Shown here in pieces: positions 1-11,846 of a stretch of 64,000 nt of DNA (position 1 is its first letter; each line of letters starts with the position of its first letter). Under the pieces are notes generated by a model, which ran no database searches, was not told the origin of the DNA, and saw nothing but the letters and a program-made list of their open reading frames with translations. A program made the translations under genes and the position numbers. This stretch comes from Moniliella sp. 'wahieum' (taxonomy: Eukaryota), in contig RSEE01000016.1 in the NCBI GenBank assembly GCA_003971905.1, positions 62,001-126,000 on the forward strand. Reading direction: 5' to 3'.

Positions 1-697
1 AGTTCATATTCTGTCTACAAGTCAATATCGTTCTCGCTATCCCTCCATTATATAGTTGTTACTAGGTCAGCATCTTTGATTCACTTAGAAGGGGTACATG
101 AGAAACGTCATGAATCAGTAATCAGTCGGCATAGAGAAACAGATATTAGCACTTAAAAGGGGTGTGTGCATTAGGGCCATTAGTAAGCTTCTGTTTTATA
201 TATACACTATACAGATGGGAATTCGGAAAGAGGGTTCCACGCCGAAGAGTCAAGATGGAGAGTCCGTGCCTTACAAGGAAGACATGCTCACACGTCCGTA
301 CCTCGTTTTATAGTCTTCACCATAAGGTGGCATGCATATCAGAGCCTCGACGATATTTAAGGAGGCAGAAAAAGAGTTTGAAAAGACAGAGCGTACCCTG
401 AGGCCTGATCCCGTTAGAGATCAAAAAAGGACGAAGTCATTATATGGTTGCAGACCGTGGATATCTCCCCTCTGTATATCTCCTCTGTCTTGTCGTCCCA
501 ACACACTTCGGTAGAATCACGGACCAATCCCTGTCGGCAAAGCTTGGCAGCTTCCCTTGTGTTTTGACGAAGAAAACACATAAAAGCATGTAGAGTGTGA
601 AACCATACGTTCTCCCCACAACATAAAACCTCTTCTCTTTTTGCTGCCTGTTGTAACACGGTACGCTTCCTACTGTTGCTCTCCTCACACCAAGAAG

Positions 698-1946
698 ATG
701 CTTTGCTTGAAGGCTTTGCTTTTCATTGCGATTGCCGTTCCCGCTTGTGCGATTGAAACAGGTTCCCCCCTCGAAAGGATCATGGGAGATTTCATCGTTT
801 CCAACTTCGTTACTCCGGCCTACGACAGTATCTGCCCCGACGCAGTGGGGGCAGCTACACGCTGGCTATGAATGCTGAGACGCCCCAAGACTTTTATAAA
901 CTGGTTTGGATTCTCCGTCCAAACTGACACAAGCGGCGGCGTCGTTTCGTACGTGAGCAAGGCGACGGCCAGCGGTTCGGCTATGCTTTGGACGGGCCAA
1001 AATGGTGGACTGGCCTTTGGGCCCGACACCAAAACAACAGGACAAAACCCACGTCATTCCATTCGGCTGGTGTCCAACCAGACTTGGGGGTATGGCGCGT
1101 ATATTTGGGATGTGTCCCACGTCCCTTCCGATTGCGGAACCTGGCCTTCGTTGTGGACGACTACCATGTACAACTGGCCAAATGGAGGGGAGATGGATGT
1201 GTTTGAAGGTGTGAATGGGGTAGCACCAAATGAGGGCACTCTACACACAGGTGTGAGTTGCAACCAGGTTGGCACCCAAACGGGCACGACACGCAAATCG
1301 CAATGTCAGGGTGGGGAAGGATGCGGTGTGGAGTTCACGGGTTCTGACAATACCTTTGGGGACGGGTACGTTGACATATTCCTCCCCTTCGCACGTTTCT
1401 ACACTTACGCGTTTTCGATCTCTGACTTACTGAGCTTGTTTCCTTGTCAACGCACACAGATTGAACAATGCGGGAGGGGCCGTTTTTGCGCTAGTGTATA
1501 CGAGTACAAAAGTCCAGATGTGGAAGTTTGACCGCGACTCAGCCCCGGCGGGAACGACCGAGGGGACCAATCGACAATCAATCCAAGTTCCTGGTCTCCC
1601 GATGCGGCATGGACGTTGGGCGGGAACGGGTGTCCCGTATCGAGCGTCAACACGGCGCAGGCGATCGTGATGAACATTGACTTTTGTGGTGCTTGGGTTG
1701 ATGCCACACCTGGTTCCTGCAACTTTGGTTCGAGTGGGTGCGCCAATTACATTGCCAACAACCCAAGCAAACTTAAAATAGCTATTTTGATGTGAATCGG
1801 TACGTTTTGCGTCTCAGAGAAGCAGAGGGTATCGAGATGCTACCGCACTTATTCAGACCCATACTCATTCTTCTGTTGTTTTTTGCCTTGATGACCTCTT
1901 CAATGTGTATTTTGCGCACAACAGGTTCGCTCATTGGTCGATATAG
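698..1946 (+). CDS. Secreted GH16 glycoside hydrolase (laminarinase / endo-1,3(4)-beta-glucanase-like)
   Basis: Signal-peptide-like N-terminus MLCLKALLFIAIAVPACA. GH16 motifs RHSIRLVS, CGTWPSLWT, catalytic WPNGGEMDVFEGVN (ExDxxE) and IVMNIDFCGAW. Introns 1366-1459 and 1800-1924 (GTACGT...CAG); last exon ends ..NSYFDVNRFAHWSI* (TAG 1944-1946). A few apparent frameshifts. Confidence 0.9.
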
Positions 1947-2387
1947 AGGAACTCTTCTGGTCGACCTGGCCTCAATGAAGGGAAGAGAGGACCTCTCCTC
2001 AATACTCCATTGTGCCAGTTCTTGTTGGCATGTTTATTACATATCTCCCCCCCTGGAAACTGATGCTGTATACTTCTTGAGACTCTGTCGGGACCAGACC
2101 CACATGCTCACGCACTGTCACCAGGTGTACTGGGCTCTGATTTGTTTTCGACCCGCAAATGATCCTCATCCTTTCCCCATCTCCATGTTCTGCTATACTA
2201 CAAGTAGTTCTGAGAACAAGAAGAGGCATCAAGCTTGCTACTCACATAAATCTTTAACTGCAAGTGGAGGTAGTAAGAAACCGTTCCATACCAGGGATAC
2301 CGCGGTGGGTATTCTACCCGATGTGTTGTGCAACGATAACGATCATTCGGGTTGAACACAAAGTATTTTCGCTACAGAAGCAACAGA

Positions 2388-2485
2388 GGCGAGATAGCGA
2401 AGTGGTCTAACGCGCTGTGTTAAGGCATCTTTGGATACCGTGACCGCAGTCCTCCGGGGCGTGGGTTCGAATCCCACTCTCGTCA
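2388..2485 (+). tRNA. tRNA-Leu(AAG) with 18-nt intron (2426-2443)
   Basis: Acceptor stem GGCGAGA/TCTCGTC with discriminator A. D-loop AGTGGTCTAA. Anticodon stem CTGTG/CGCAG with loop TT-AAG-G^C and intron CATCTTTGGATACCGTGA at the canonical 37/38 position. Long variable arm TCCTCCGGGGC. T-arm GTGGG-TTCGAAT-CCCAC. Confidence 0.95.
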
Positions 2486-2487
2486 AC

Positions 2488-2510
2488 TTTTAGCATTCAT
2501 TTCCTTTTTT
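2488..2510 (+). terminator. RNA polymerase III oligo-dT terminator of the tRNA gene
   Basis: TTTT immediately after the tRNA 3' end and a longer T run at about 2505-2510. Confidence 0.7.
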
Positions 2511-3206
2511 CCGAGTGCAAGGCCGGTCGAATATCACCTCGCCAGCGTATCCTTCCCTGAAGTTTTCCAGTTTCACGCACTGAGAAAGCAACTGGGCGAT
2601 ACGTGGGCAGCCAGCTCAGAAAACCTACGAGGGGAGGTAGAGCAGCACAAATCCCACTGGGTGGCGTCCTATAGCAGTCCTCAGGGCCTACTTACCAGCA
2701 AGTACCGCGCAAAAGGAGAGAAGGGATGCCATCCAAAGCTAGTAAGTAACGCAAGGAAACAAGCGGTGGCTGGGTACCAAGAAGAGGGAGGACAGCATGC
2801 AGGTAGAGAGACAGAACACGCCACTAGACAGACAGCAGGGAAGGCAACAAAGATGTTGCTTCCCCGGTACTTCTTTTGGAAGGACTTAGGTCCAAGACTT
2901 GGCACCTCAGACGACCAGGCAAATTACAAGCCGGTACCAAGCCCAAAACGAGAAGACGGCAACCACACAAGGACCAGAAGGAAAGTGAGACGTGGGAGAT
3001 TCATACAGAGAAACGCCTAGGGTGGAGAGGAGGTGCATTTTGGTGCACTTTGCTTGCGTTTTGCTCATACGGGGACAAGGGTGGACAGGTGTTAGGAGAA
3101 CGGGATTCTCTCCATGCATGGGCGAAGGAAAAAGATCACTCCTTGCCCCTGCCCGCTCGTGCAGGGCAAGGAGATGGATGATGGACCGTAAGAGCTGGAA
3201 ATACTC

Positions 3207-4525
3207 TTAGGCTTTTTGAGCCTTATTGGCCTTTTTACCCCCCACCGGCTTCACGGCAGAGGCAGGGATGGCACCCACAGGAGGCAATGATTCGCCACCC
3301 TCCTCCTTGAGCATTGAGAAGGCATTCATGCTCGAAAAACGTGATACGCCTCCATTGGCGACCGAGGGAGCCGGCTTGGTAGCTTGCTCCTTAGCCGGTT
3401 GGGTGGCGCGGGCACCACGAACGCGGACGCTTTCCCACCCCGGCTCGATGATGGCACTATGCGGAACAGGAGGCGGCGCAGTGAAAAACTCCGATGGGTG
3501 CACTTCGGCTGCTGCCGGCTTCTTACGGTTGCGCCGGCTGGGAAAGCAGCCGCCGACTCCGTTGGAGCGACAGCGGGTGTGGCCATCACAGGAGACTGTT
3601 CCTCCACCTCAGAAGAGATAGGCTCCGTCTCAACTGCAACCGCAGGGGCAACGGGAACAGCCTTGGCCTCCCATCCAGCTCCGGCGGACCAATCGCCCTC
3701 TCCAGCATGGCTGGGCCCCCAGTCAATGGGTTCCTCTTCCGGCAGGTAGCTGCCGGGGGGGCGGAGAGGTGCTTTCAACAATCACACTGACCTCACCAGC
3801 ACTCTCTGGAGCCGAAGAAAACAGGGACGGCATCAATCGAGGTGTTCGCTCCGTTGGCGCTGGCAAGCTCAGGGGTGGCAGTGGGAACGCCTTGGGTCAC
3901 GGCAGGCCGGGCGCAGCCTCCTCCGCTGCAGTAGGAGCGGAAGTATCAGCAGGAGCAGCAATGACGGCAGCGGAAGCAGCAGCCGCAGCAGCCTTTTGGG
4001 AGCGCTGCTTGCTCTTGCGCTGAGCCCGGGTCGTCTGCCATCCGTCCTGTTCGTCAATCTCGGTGTCGACCAGGGGAGTGGTCGCAGGGGCGAGGATCGG
4101 CGCGACCGGGGCAACGGACGAAGGGCCGGCAGGGGCAGGTGCAGAGGCAGAGGCCGCCTTGTTTCTTTTTGCGCTTGTTCTTCTTGGCCGACTTGGACTG
4201 GCCGGGGGCAGCGCCGGTGGAGACCGGCGTCTCGACCTCATCTGAGGCAGGGACAGGAGTCGATTCTACCGCGGAGGGGATGGGGGGGAAGGAGGAGCCG
4301 AGCGGGCAGCCCTGGCCTTAGCTGCCTGCTTCTTCTTCTTTTGCAAAACCCGGGCCGAGCCGGGAGCGGGACCGGATGCGTGGAGAGCAGGCTTTCCGCT
4401 GGGCCTGGAGCGATGCTGGGCGTAGAGGAGGGCGAGGGGGATGGCCGGGAGGAGGAGGAGGAGAGGCCAGAAGGGGCGGCGGGGGTGTGGGTGCTGTTGG
4501 CGTGCGAGCTATGGCTGGAGGACAT
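3207..4525 (-). CDS. Hypothetical low-complexity Ala/Pro/Ser/Lys-rich protein (frameshifted)
   Basis: Chain of minus-strand ORF segments (MSSSHSSHANSTHTP..., ...DEQDGWQTTRAQRKSKQRSQKAAA..., ...EPGWESVRVRG...NAFSMLKEE...KKANKAQKA*). TTTAAA TATA-like element about 90 nt upstream. No recognisable domain. Confidence 0.55.
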
Positions 4526-4758
4526 GGCGAGCGGGACGCGGGGGGCAGGAAGGGGCGCGAGTCGGGGAGGAAGAGGGAGAGAGAGCGTGATGGAGTGGGC
4601 CCGCGCGCGCTTTAAAGGCCGGCAGGGGCCTGCCCTGGCCGGCTGGGTTCCACACGATGCGTGACGCATGGGTGAGCTGCCGGCGGCCGAGGCAGCGCAG
4701 AGCGGCGTGGGCCGACCCACCGCCTGCACCACGCGGCGGCTGCGCAACCCTGCGGGTT

Positions 4759-5104
4759 GCATCATGCATGCATCATGCATCATGCCTCGTCTGTCCAGCG
4801 GCCACCGCCTGCGTCTTCCACGTCGCCCCGCCGCCTCCAGGAACCAGCGCGGGCAGCCCGGCCGGCCAGGCACGGCGCCAGTCGCCGCAAACACTGTTTT
4901 TTTGCTACATTGCAAATCCATCCCGAGATTAGATCCGCGCATGCTCAGATCGATCGGCCATCATGCATCATGTATCATGCATCATCGACCACGCTCCCAC
5001 CATTCGCTTCTCCGTCGGGGTTATTGCTGGGCCTTGGATCCATACACATGTCCCTCCCACCAACAAACAGGCAGGCACTATCATATCTCACTAGTCACTA
5101 GTCA
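4759..5104. repeat. 7-bp TCA+palindromic-core arrays (cores TGCA, TCGA, CTAG)
   Basis: 4768-4785 (ATGCATC)2ATGC; 4961-4988 TCA-TGCA-TCA-TGTA-TCA-TGCA-TCA-TCGA; 5081-5104 TCA-TATC-TCA-CTAG-TCA-CTAG-TCA. Confidence 0.85.
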
Positions 5105-5175
5105 CTCCTTCCCCAGCCATCTCGTCTCTAGTCACTTTGTCATAGCCACCCAGCCACCCACAATGCTCTGCGCTC

Positions 5176-6350
5176 TCAGGCCGTCGCCTTGGTCAGCCTC
5201 TCCACCTGCTCCAGCACTGCCCGCTTCGACGTCCCCCCCACCACGTCGCGGCGCTCGACCGACGTGTCAAACGACCACACGTCCATCACGTCCGCCGTGA
5301 ACAGCGGCGACAGCGTCTGCAGGTCCTCCAGCGTCAAGTCGGTCAGCTGCACCCCCCGCTCCTCGGACATGCGCACCGCCTCGCCCGAGATGTGGTGCGT
5401 TTGGCGGAATGGGACACCCTTGCGCACCAGGTACTCAGCCAGGTCGGTCGCCAGCATGTCGGGCGTCAGCGCCGCACGCATCTTCTTGGGGAAGATGGTG
5501 AGCGTCGATACCACACCTGTTGCAATCTTGAGCGAGTTGGACACGGTGCTGACCGCATCAAACAGCGGCTCCTTGTCTTCTTGCAGATCCTTGTTGTACG
5601 TAGATGGAATGCCCTTGAGGGTCATCAGGAACCCACTCATCTGCCCAAACACACGGCCGCTCTTGCCACGCAGCAGCTCAAGCGAGTCCGGGTTCTTCTT
5701 TTGCGGCATGATGGACGACCCCGTGCTTCATGCGAGATAGGTTAGTCCTTGGCCTAGCAGAGACAATCGTATATGGAGACAGAGGGGGTTAAACGTACGA
5801 GTAAGCATCGCTCAACTGGATAAAGCCAAACTCGGCACTTGAATAGATGATCAGGTCCTCAGCCATCTTAGACATGTGGATCATCGTAAGGGAAGCCCAC
5901 ATGAGGAACTCGGCAACAAAGTCGCGATCCGAAACCGAGTGCATCGAGTTAGTGCCAACAGTTTCGAACCCAAGCTCCTTGGCCAAAAAGTTGCGATCCA
6001 GCTTGGAAAAGGGGTTGCCAGCAAGAGGACCCGAACCCAGGGGAAGGACCGAAATGCGCGGAATCAGGTCGCGGAGACGGTGGTAGTCATTCGCAAAGTA
6101 GGTGGCATGCGAGAGCAAGAGGTGAGACCAACGAATAGGTTGGGCACGCTGCAAGTGGGTGTAGCCCGGCATGAGCGCATCCACTTCGCTTGCCGCACGC
6201 TTCAGCATCACATCCAAAAGCCCCTTGAGCGATGAAGTGATGTCTCCAATCGTGTCGAGCAACCAAAGGCGCATGTCGGTTGCCACTTGGTCATTGCGGC
6301 TTCGGCCCGTGTGTAGCTTGCCAGCCACAGGACCAATCAACTCCTTGAGC

Positions 6351-6382
<32 letters not shown>

Positions 6383-6640
6383 GTCCGGAGCCGGCTTGAA
6401 GGTGCCCTTCTCCCACTCCTCTCCTACCTTTGAAAGTCCATCGACAATTTGCTCCGCCTCGCTCTGGGTTAGGACACCAGCGCCAACAAGCGCCTTGGCA
6501 TAGGCCTTCGAGCCACGGATGTCTTGCGACCACATGCGCTGGTCATACGAGAGCGACTGGTTGTACTCGTGCATCAGCGGATCGGTGCGGCCAGTGAAGC
6601 GGCCACCCCAAAGCTTCTGCTTGGTGAATTCCTCGGTCAT
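5176..6640 (-). CDS. ARG4: Argininosuccinate lyase
   Basis: [51 protein letters not shown] and the fumarase-family signature [14 protein letters not shown], reconstituted across intron 5726-5798 (GTACGT...CTAAC...AG). Also [13 protein letters not shown] and [13 protein letters not shown]. Confidence 0.98.
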
Positions 6641-7349
6641 GTTTGAAAGGGCTGCGGACGGGTGGGAGAAGTAGAGAGGTGGCGGTGGGGATGGACGGTG
6701 GGGATGGTAGGAAGTCAAAGGAAAGAAGAAAAAATACGCTGGCCTTGTCGGACTATGTAGGAAAAGCGGCCGATGACTGGATGACAGTGGCTGTCCGTCG
6801 AGCGCGTCCAGCGCCCAGCGCAGCGGACTTGATTGCGGCGGATGAACCCAACAGCGCTCTCGTGCCCACCGCCTTTTTTTTCTCCGTTCGAAGATCGGCA
6901 TTCTTGCGAGGCGGCGGGCACGGACAGTCCGGAAAGTTTCATAATTTCTAGTTTCTGCTTATCGATTATCGATTCGATGATCGCGGCTGCCCCACTGGAG
7001 CAATCAATATCAAGGCGGGAGTTGGTGTGACGTGGGCGTGATGACTTGCCTAGGCTGGTGCCATGGCTCAGGGGCCCTAGGCTCGTTCATACCATAGCTC
7101 GGTGCGCGCCCCCCTTTCCTGCCCTGCTCCTTCTCTGCCGTTGGTGTTCTGCCTCTCACCACCGCTCCGCTCTTCGCTTCACTCATAACCTTGCTCCCGC
7201 TCTCCTGTGACCGATTGTCTGGCCACATCTCCTGTAGACTGCTCGTCGGAAAGTGCCCTGTTCCTCGACACAACAGAGTTACATCAATATCCTAAGCCCC
7301 CTGAGGACAGGGCGGATGATGGACAGCATGGATGCGGTATATATATAGA

Positions 7350-10004
7350 CTACAACGTGGGCGCAATGACCCCGAACACATCCATCGAAGGGCCTGTGTG
7401 GACTTCCTTCTTGGAGCGGCGCTTTTCTTGACGATCAGCTGCGCTCATCCTCTCGTGGCGCTTCTTGAGTCGCTGCGAAACGTCCTTGGCATACTTCTTG
7501 GCTGGCCCATTGGTGAAGCGAGTGATCATGTGCATCGCATCGCCACGGGTGATTTGGTCAAGGCCCAAGTCGTGATAGCTCTCGGGGGTCAGGCCGAGCC
7601 GCTTGGTAATGAATTTGGCCTGGCCGTCGGTCATGGGACTGGAACGCCAGGGCGCATCGCGCAACATCATCCTGCGGGAAACCCCTCCATGAGCCGAAGC
7701 AAAGGTGTCGCATGCCCGAATCGCCGCCTCCAACTCGTAATGCGCCACAATGCGCGTTGGCCTTGCATGGCGCGTCCTTTGGCCAGGCACCGTGACTTGG
7801 CGAATAAACGTACCCAGCCAAGCTAAAAATAATCGGCATGGTCAGTAAAATCCAAAAGATCAATTGGACGTACCAGGTGGACGGTCAATTTTGGACATAT
7901 GTCGACTACCCGATCTCCCGTTTTGCTTCTCCTCCCCTTCCTCTTCATTCTCGACCTCTTCCTCGCCCAATTCATCGGGAATAGCGTCTGCACTTGCCTC
8001 CAACCGAATCCGTCCAACAGAAGGGAGGTTGAGAACGTATGTGTCGTTGCCACAATCGGTCCAAGCAAGTCGCGAGGCGCGTAATATGGGGCTGTGGTGC
8101 TCTTCTTTCAAATCAATCGCTTCCTGCAGCGATGCGACCGAATCATAGTCAGTCATCGTCATCTTCTTGGGCACTTCAACGACAAAATCGGGCTGCTCAG
8201 GTTCCACCGTCTCAGATGAAGAAAGCGCAGGCAATGCTTCCTCTTTGCGTTGTCTCTGGGCATCCCTGCGTGCCATCAGCTCTTCCAAACTGGCTTGATC
8301 CATCTCATCTTCTGGATTCAGACCGAAAAGTGTCGGAGCACATACCGCCCCTCTGGCCCCCTCAGCGGCTGAAACGTAGTCCAGCACCAAACAATCCACC
8401 TTCCCCGTTTCCGGCGACTGGCGCGTGCCGCGTCCAATCATTTGTTGGTACCGTCCTTGACTGCGGGTGGGACGCGCAATCAACACACAATCAACGGGTG
8501 GAATGTCCGTTCCCTCGGTAAACACACCACAATTGACTAAAACAGGGAACTCGCCCGCACGAAAGCGCTGTAAGAAATCGGCCCTTTCTGCCGACCGGGT
8601 CATGCCATCCACGCCAAACGCAGGGACGCCAGCCTGACGAAAAGTCCACCACGCGAGCGACATGAGAACGGGTGGCACAAAAGACCAGCGTGCTCCTGCG
8701 GCGGTAGCGTCCACTTGTGTCTCCCTCCACCCGCTCAGGTAAGTTCCAACACCGATAAAGCCAAGTCTTGACCAGAAGTTTATTGAGCTCAAAGCTGTTG
8801 AGTACTTGGTCCATACTGTTCATGGTAAAGTCGCCCTGACCGTCCTGGGTATCAGGTCGATTGGCCTTGGAGATACGCAAAGCACTGAGGTTGAGGTGCC
8901 CCCGAATCATAGTGAAACGTAAAGGTGCAAGGTGCCCCAAGCTCATCAAGTCGATCATGCCGTTGTGGTATACAATTTTTTCAAACACCAACCCCAATGC
9001 CAGGCCATCGCTTCGAGTCAAAGTGGCGGAAAACCCAATGAGGGGGGTATTGTACTCCACACGAGGCAGGGGGGTATTGTACCCCTCACGAGGCATGGGG
9101 GTGCGGATGGACGTGGCTGTGTCGCCCGTCTGGTTGCGGTTCCGCAACGCAGGGTGAAAGTACTCAAGGACATGCATCCATGTCTCGGCGCAGGCATGAT
9201 GGGCTTCATCGATCACTACCGCCTTGAAACCAGCAGGGTCAAACTTGCTCAGTCGAGCCCCTTCCCTGGCTGCCAGGGTGGCGACAGTGGCGACCGTCAC
9301 ATCAGCCATGCCTGTAGACTCATTCCTTCCTTGCTCCACCTCCACCGTAAGGTCCGGATGGGATCGCGATACGGACATGGCGGTCTGTTTGGCAATTTCA
9401 ACCGAAGGAACGAGAATCATGACTTGCCCTCCCCTCAGGTATTCCCGCCCAGTCCAGGTGGTATCATCATTGTTGGTACGGGAGGGGATCTGTTTTAGCA
9501 GAGTCGAACTGGAGTCGGCAGTCAGCACCATGGTTCCAACATAAACGGAATTGCGTACAAAATGACCGTCTTTCCACTTCCAGTGGGAGCGCTGACAGCT
9601 ATCCTGGTCAATCCATCCGCCAAGGCACCGACACAGGCATCGATGCACTCCGATTGGTACAGGCGCAGCTCAACGAGCGAGGGAGGAGCCTGCTGCAGGG
9701 AAGAGGCAATATGTTCTTGAGCATTGTCTGACCGTTGTTTTTCTGACAGCCCCAGCGGTTGCCGGGCTTTGCGTGGCCGACCCCTCTTTTTAGGAGACGT
9801 CTCAGGCACCAGTTGATCCTCTGAGGGCTCCAATGGAAGCTGGACTTTGCGTGGCCGACCTCTCTTCTTGGGAGACATCTCAGGCACAGAGACAGTAGCT
9901 GTGCTCAACATACGTCGGGGAAGCAGCTCTGACTGCGATATCCATGTCTGACGAAAGAATTGAGGGGATGCGAAGACGCGATATGCTCCGCGGAGCCAAG
10001 CCAT
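7350..10004 (-). CDS. IRC3: IRC3-like mitochondrial SF2 (DExH) DNA helicase/translocase
   Basis: Arg-rich presequence-like N-terminus. Q-motif LRLYQSEC, Walker A APTGSGKT, DEAH, FSAT, LVFC, LVNCGVFTEGTDIP.VDCVLIARPTRS, QMIGRGTR and the Irc3-type C-terminal ..DAPWR..PMTDGQ.. segment. Introns 9509-9558 and 7823-7873; frameshift near 8640. Confidence 0.85.
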
Positions 10005-10323
10005 CGCACGGCAACGGCGGCCAAATGTACTTTGGTGGTGGTGGCGGGAAAGGAGTGCTTGCAGCTATCGCCGTCCTTGAAATTACGACCAGTATCCGCA
10101 GTCGGTGCAACGCACTTCACGCGTTCACTACAGGATTTGGACAGTTGCTATTTCTGCACTCAGCCTCTCAGGTTCCTCGGGCCTCCTCATTCCCACCTAT
10201 ACGCTGAAGGTGGGCTCACAGCCTCGTTTTTACACAACATCATATTGGCTTGATGTCAAAATTGGGAAATATTTTGATGGAAAAAGAGTGCATGAGTATG
10301 TAGTAGTAGTACATGCCAGTTGA

Positions 10324-11670
10324 TCACGACCGCCTGGGCTTTTTAGCGGGTGCTGGCTCGTCTTCGCCGGATTCCTCGTCTTCGTCGTCCTCCTCGTCTG
10401 CGCTTCCGGCGCGACGAGCAGTGACGTCCTCCATCACGAGCTCTTCCTCGTCGTCGTCGTCGTCGAAGTACTCGTCCTCCGACTCGGGAACTGGAACATT
10501 GGCCTTGAGACCCTTCATCTTCCGCGTCTGCAGCTTGGTCAAGTCCTGGCGGCCCAAGTGGACCTGACCCACAATATCGCCCATGTCGTCCACATCCACA
10601 TTCTTCCGGTCCCCCTTGCCCAAGGTCGACTTCTCTCCCTGAGTCTTGGGGCGCTTGAGCGCCTGGGCAAGCTGATCCAGCGCTGCCGGACGTCGCCGAC
10701 GAATCACGAAATCAAAGCTCGGCCCGCACTCGATGAGCTCGACCCGAGGCTTGCGCTCCCCACTCGCACGCAGATCAATTGCATAAGTCCGGAAGTGGAT
10801 CACAGAGCCCTTGGCAGAACGGTCCACAACGTTGTGCGCTTGTTGGGCGCCGGAATCAGCGCGTGCGACCCCGGCAGCATAGAGAGCACTGAGGGTGTCC
10901 TCGCGGCCCAGGGCTGCCGCATCGATGGCCGCTTTGCTCGAAGCATTAGCAGACATTGGCCCGGCTGTGACGGAAATGATGTGTTGCAGACCCGAGAGTG
11001 CAATCTGGTGCTCCCCCAACTTGATCCCTTGTCCCCGCGGAAGCTCCTCGCCGCGATAAAAGTCCATGAGAAGCGACTTGAGGTGCTGGTGAACGGGATA
11101 CTCGCTGTTGGCATATGCGCTGGCCAGTTCCATTGGCGATGCCGTGGCGGGATCCAGCGACTCGTCCAGTGCGAACTGGGGACCCGAGAAGTGGAACAGA
11201 GGCCGATTTCCCAATTGGGGCTTAATGGACTGTGGACCAGGTCAGTATGATAACCCAATAGCAAGGGGAGGGGAAATGAACGTACGCCTTTGAAGTTGCT
11301 CATGGGGAACGCTTCAAGGATGCCCATCTCGAGCATGTCGAGCACTTGTCCGTTAAACATGCGGACCCAGACCAAGTTGTCCTTGCGCTTCTTCTGGTTG
11401 GACCCCACGACAAATAGCGACGCGTCGTTCTTGGCCGAGAAGAATTCAAGGCTGGAAGGGTCGTCAAAGGGGGTGATGTCGTTCTTCTTGTTGAACATAA
11501 TAATCGGGCTTTTTGAGGGCCGCCAACTCGCGCATCGCCACATTCACCTTTTCGCCCGTCCGCAGGCCATGGACAAAGATCGCCGTCTTGGCGTTCTCCA
11601 CTTCCTTGGCGTCGCGTTTCTCAAGCGCACGTTTGGAACGGGCATTGCGCGGCTTGCGGGTGACCAGCAT
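10324..11670 (-). CDS. RPF2: Ribosome biogenesis protein Rpf2 (Brix domain)
   Basis: MLVTRKPRNARSKRALEKR, FNKKNDITPFDD, SLEFFSAKNDASLF, KKRKDNL, KPRVELIECGPSFDF, DMGDIVGQVHLGRQDLTKLQTRKMKGLK. Intron 11230-11285; frameshift near 11500. Confidence 0.95.
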
Positions 11671-11846
11671 GATGCTTCGTTGTCGGTTGCAGTGGTGGCT
11701 CGCCTCTGGGGTCCTCCCTTTTTTCTGGTAGGGAATGGGGCAAATTTTTTCAACTCCGCCGAGGCGGAACGAGGAGAAACGGGCCAAGCTGTAAGGGTTT
11801 GGTTGAACGTTTCAGGCGTGTCATGTGATGTGCCATGTGATGTGAT

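Noticed and set aside
2560..3200. Short ORFs downstream of the tRNA
   Set aside because: Purine-skewed sequence consistent with the 3' flank of the minus-strand gene; no domain.
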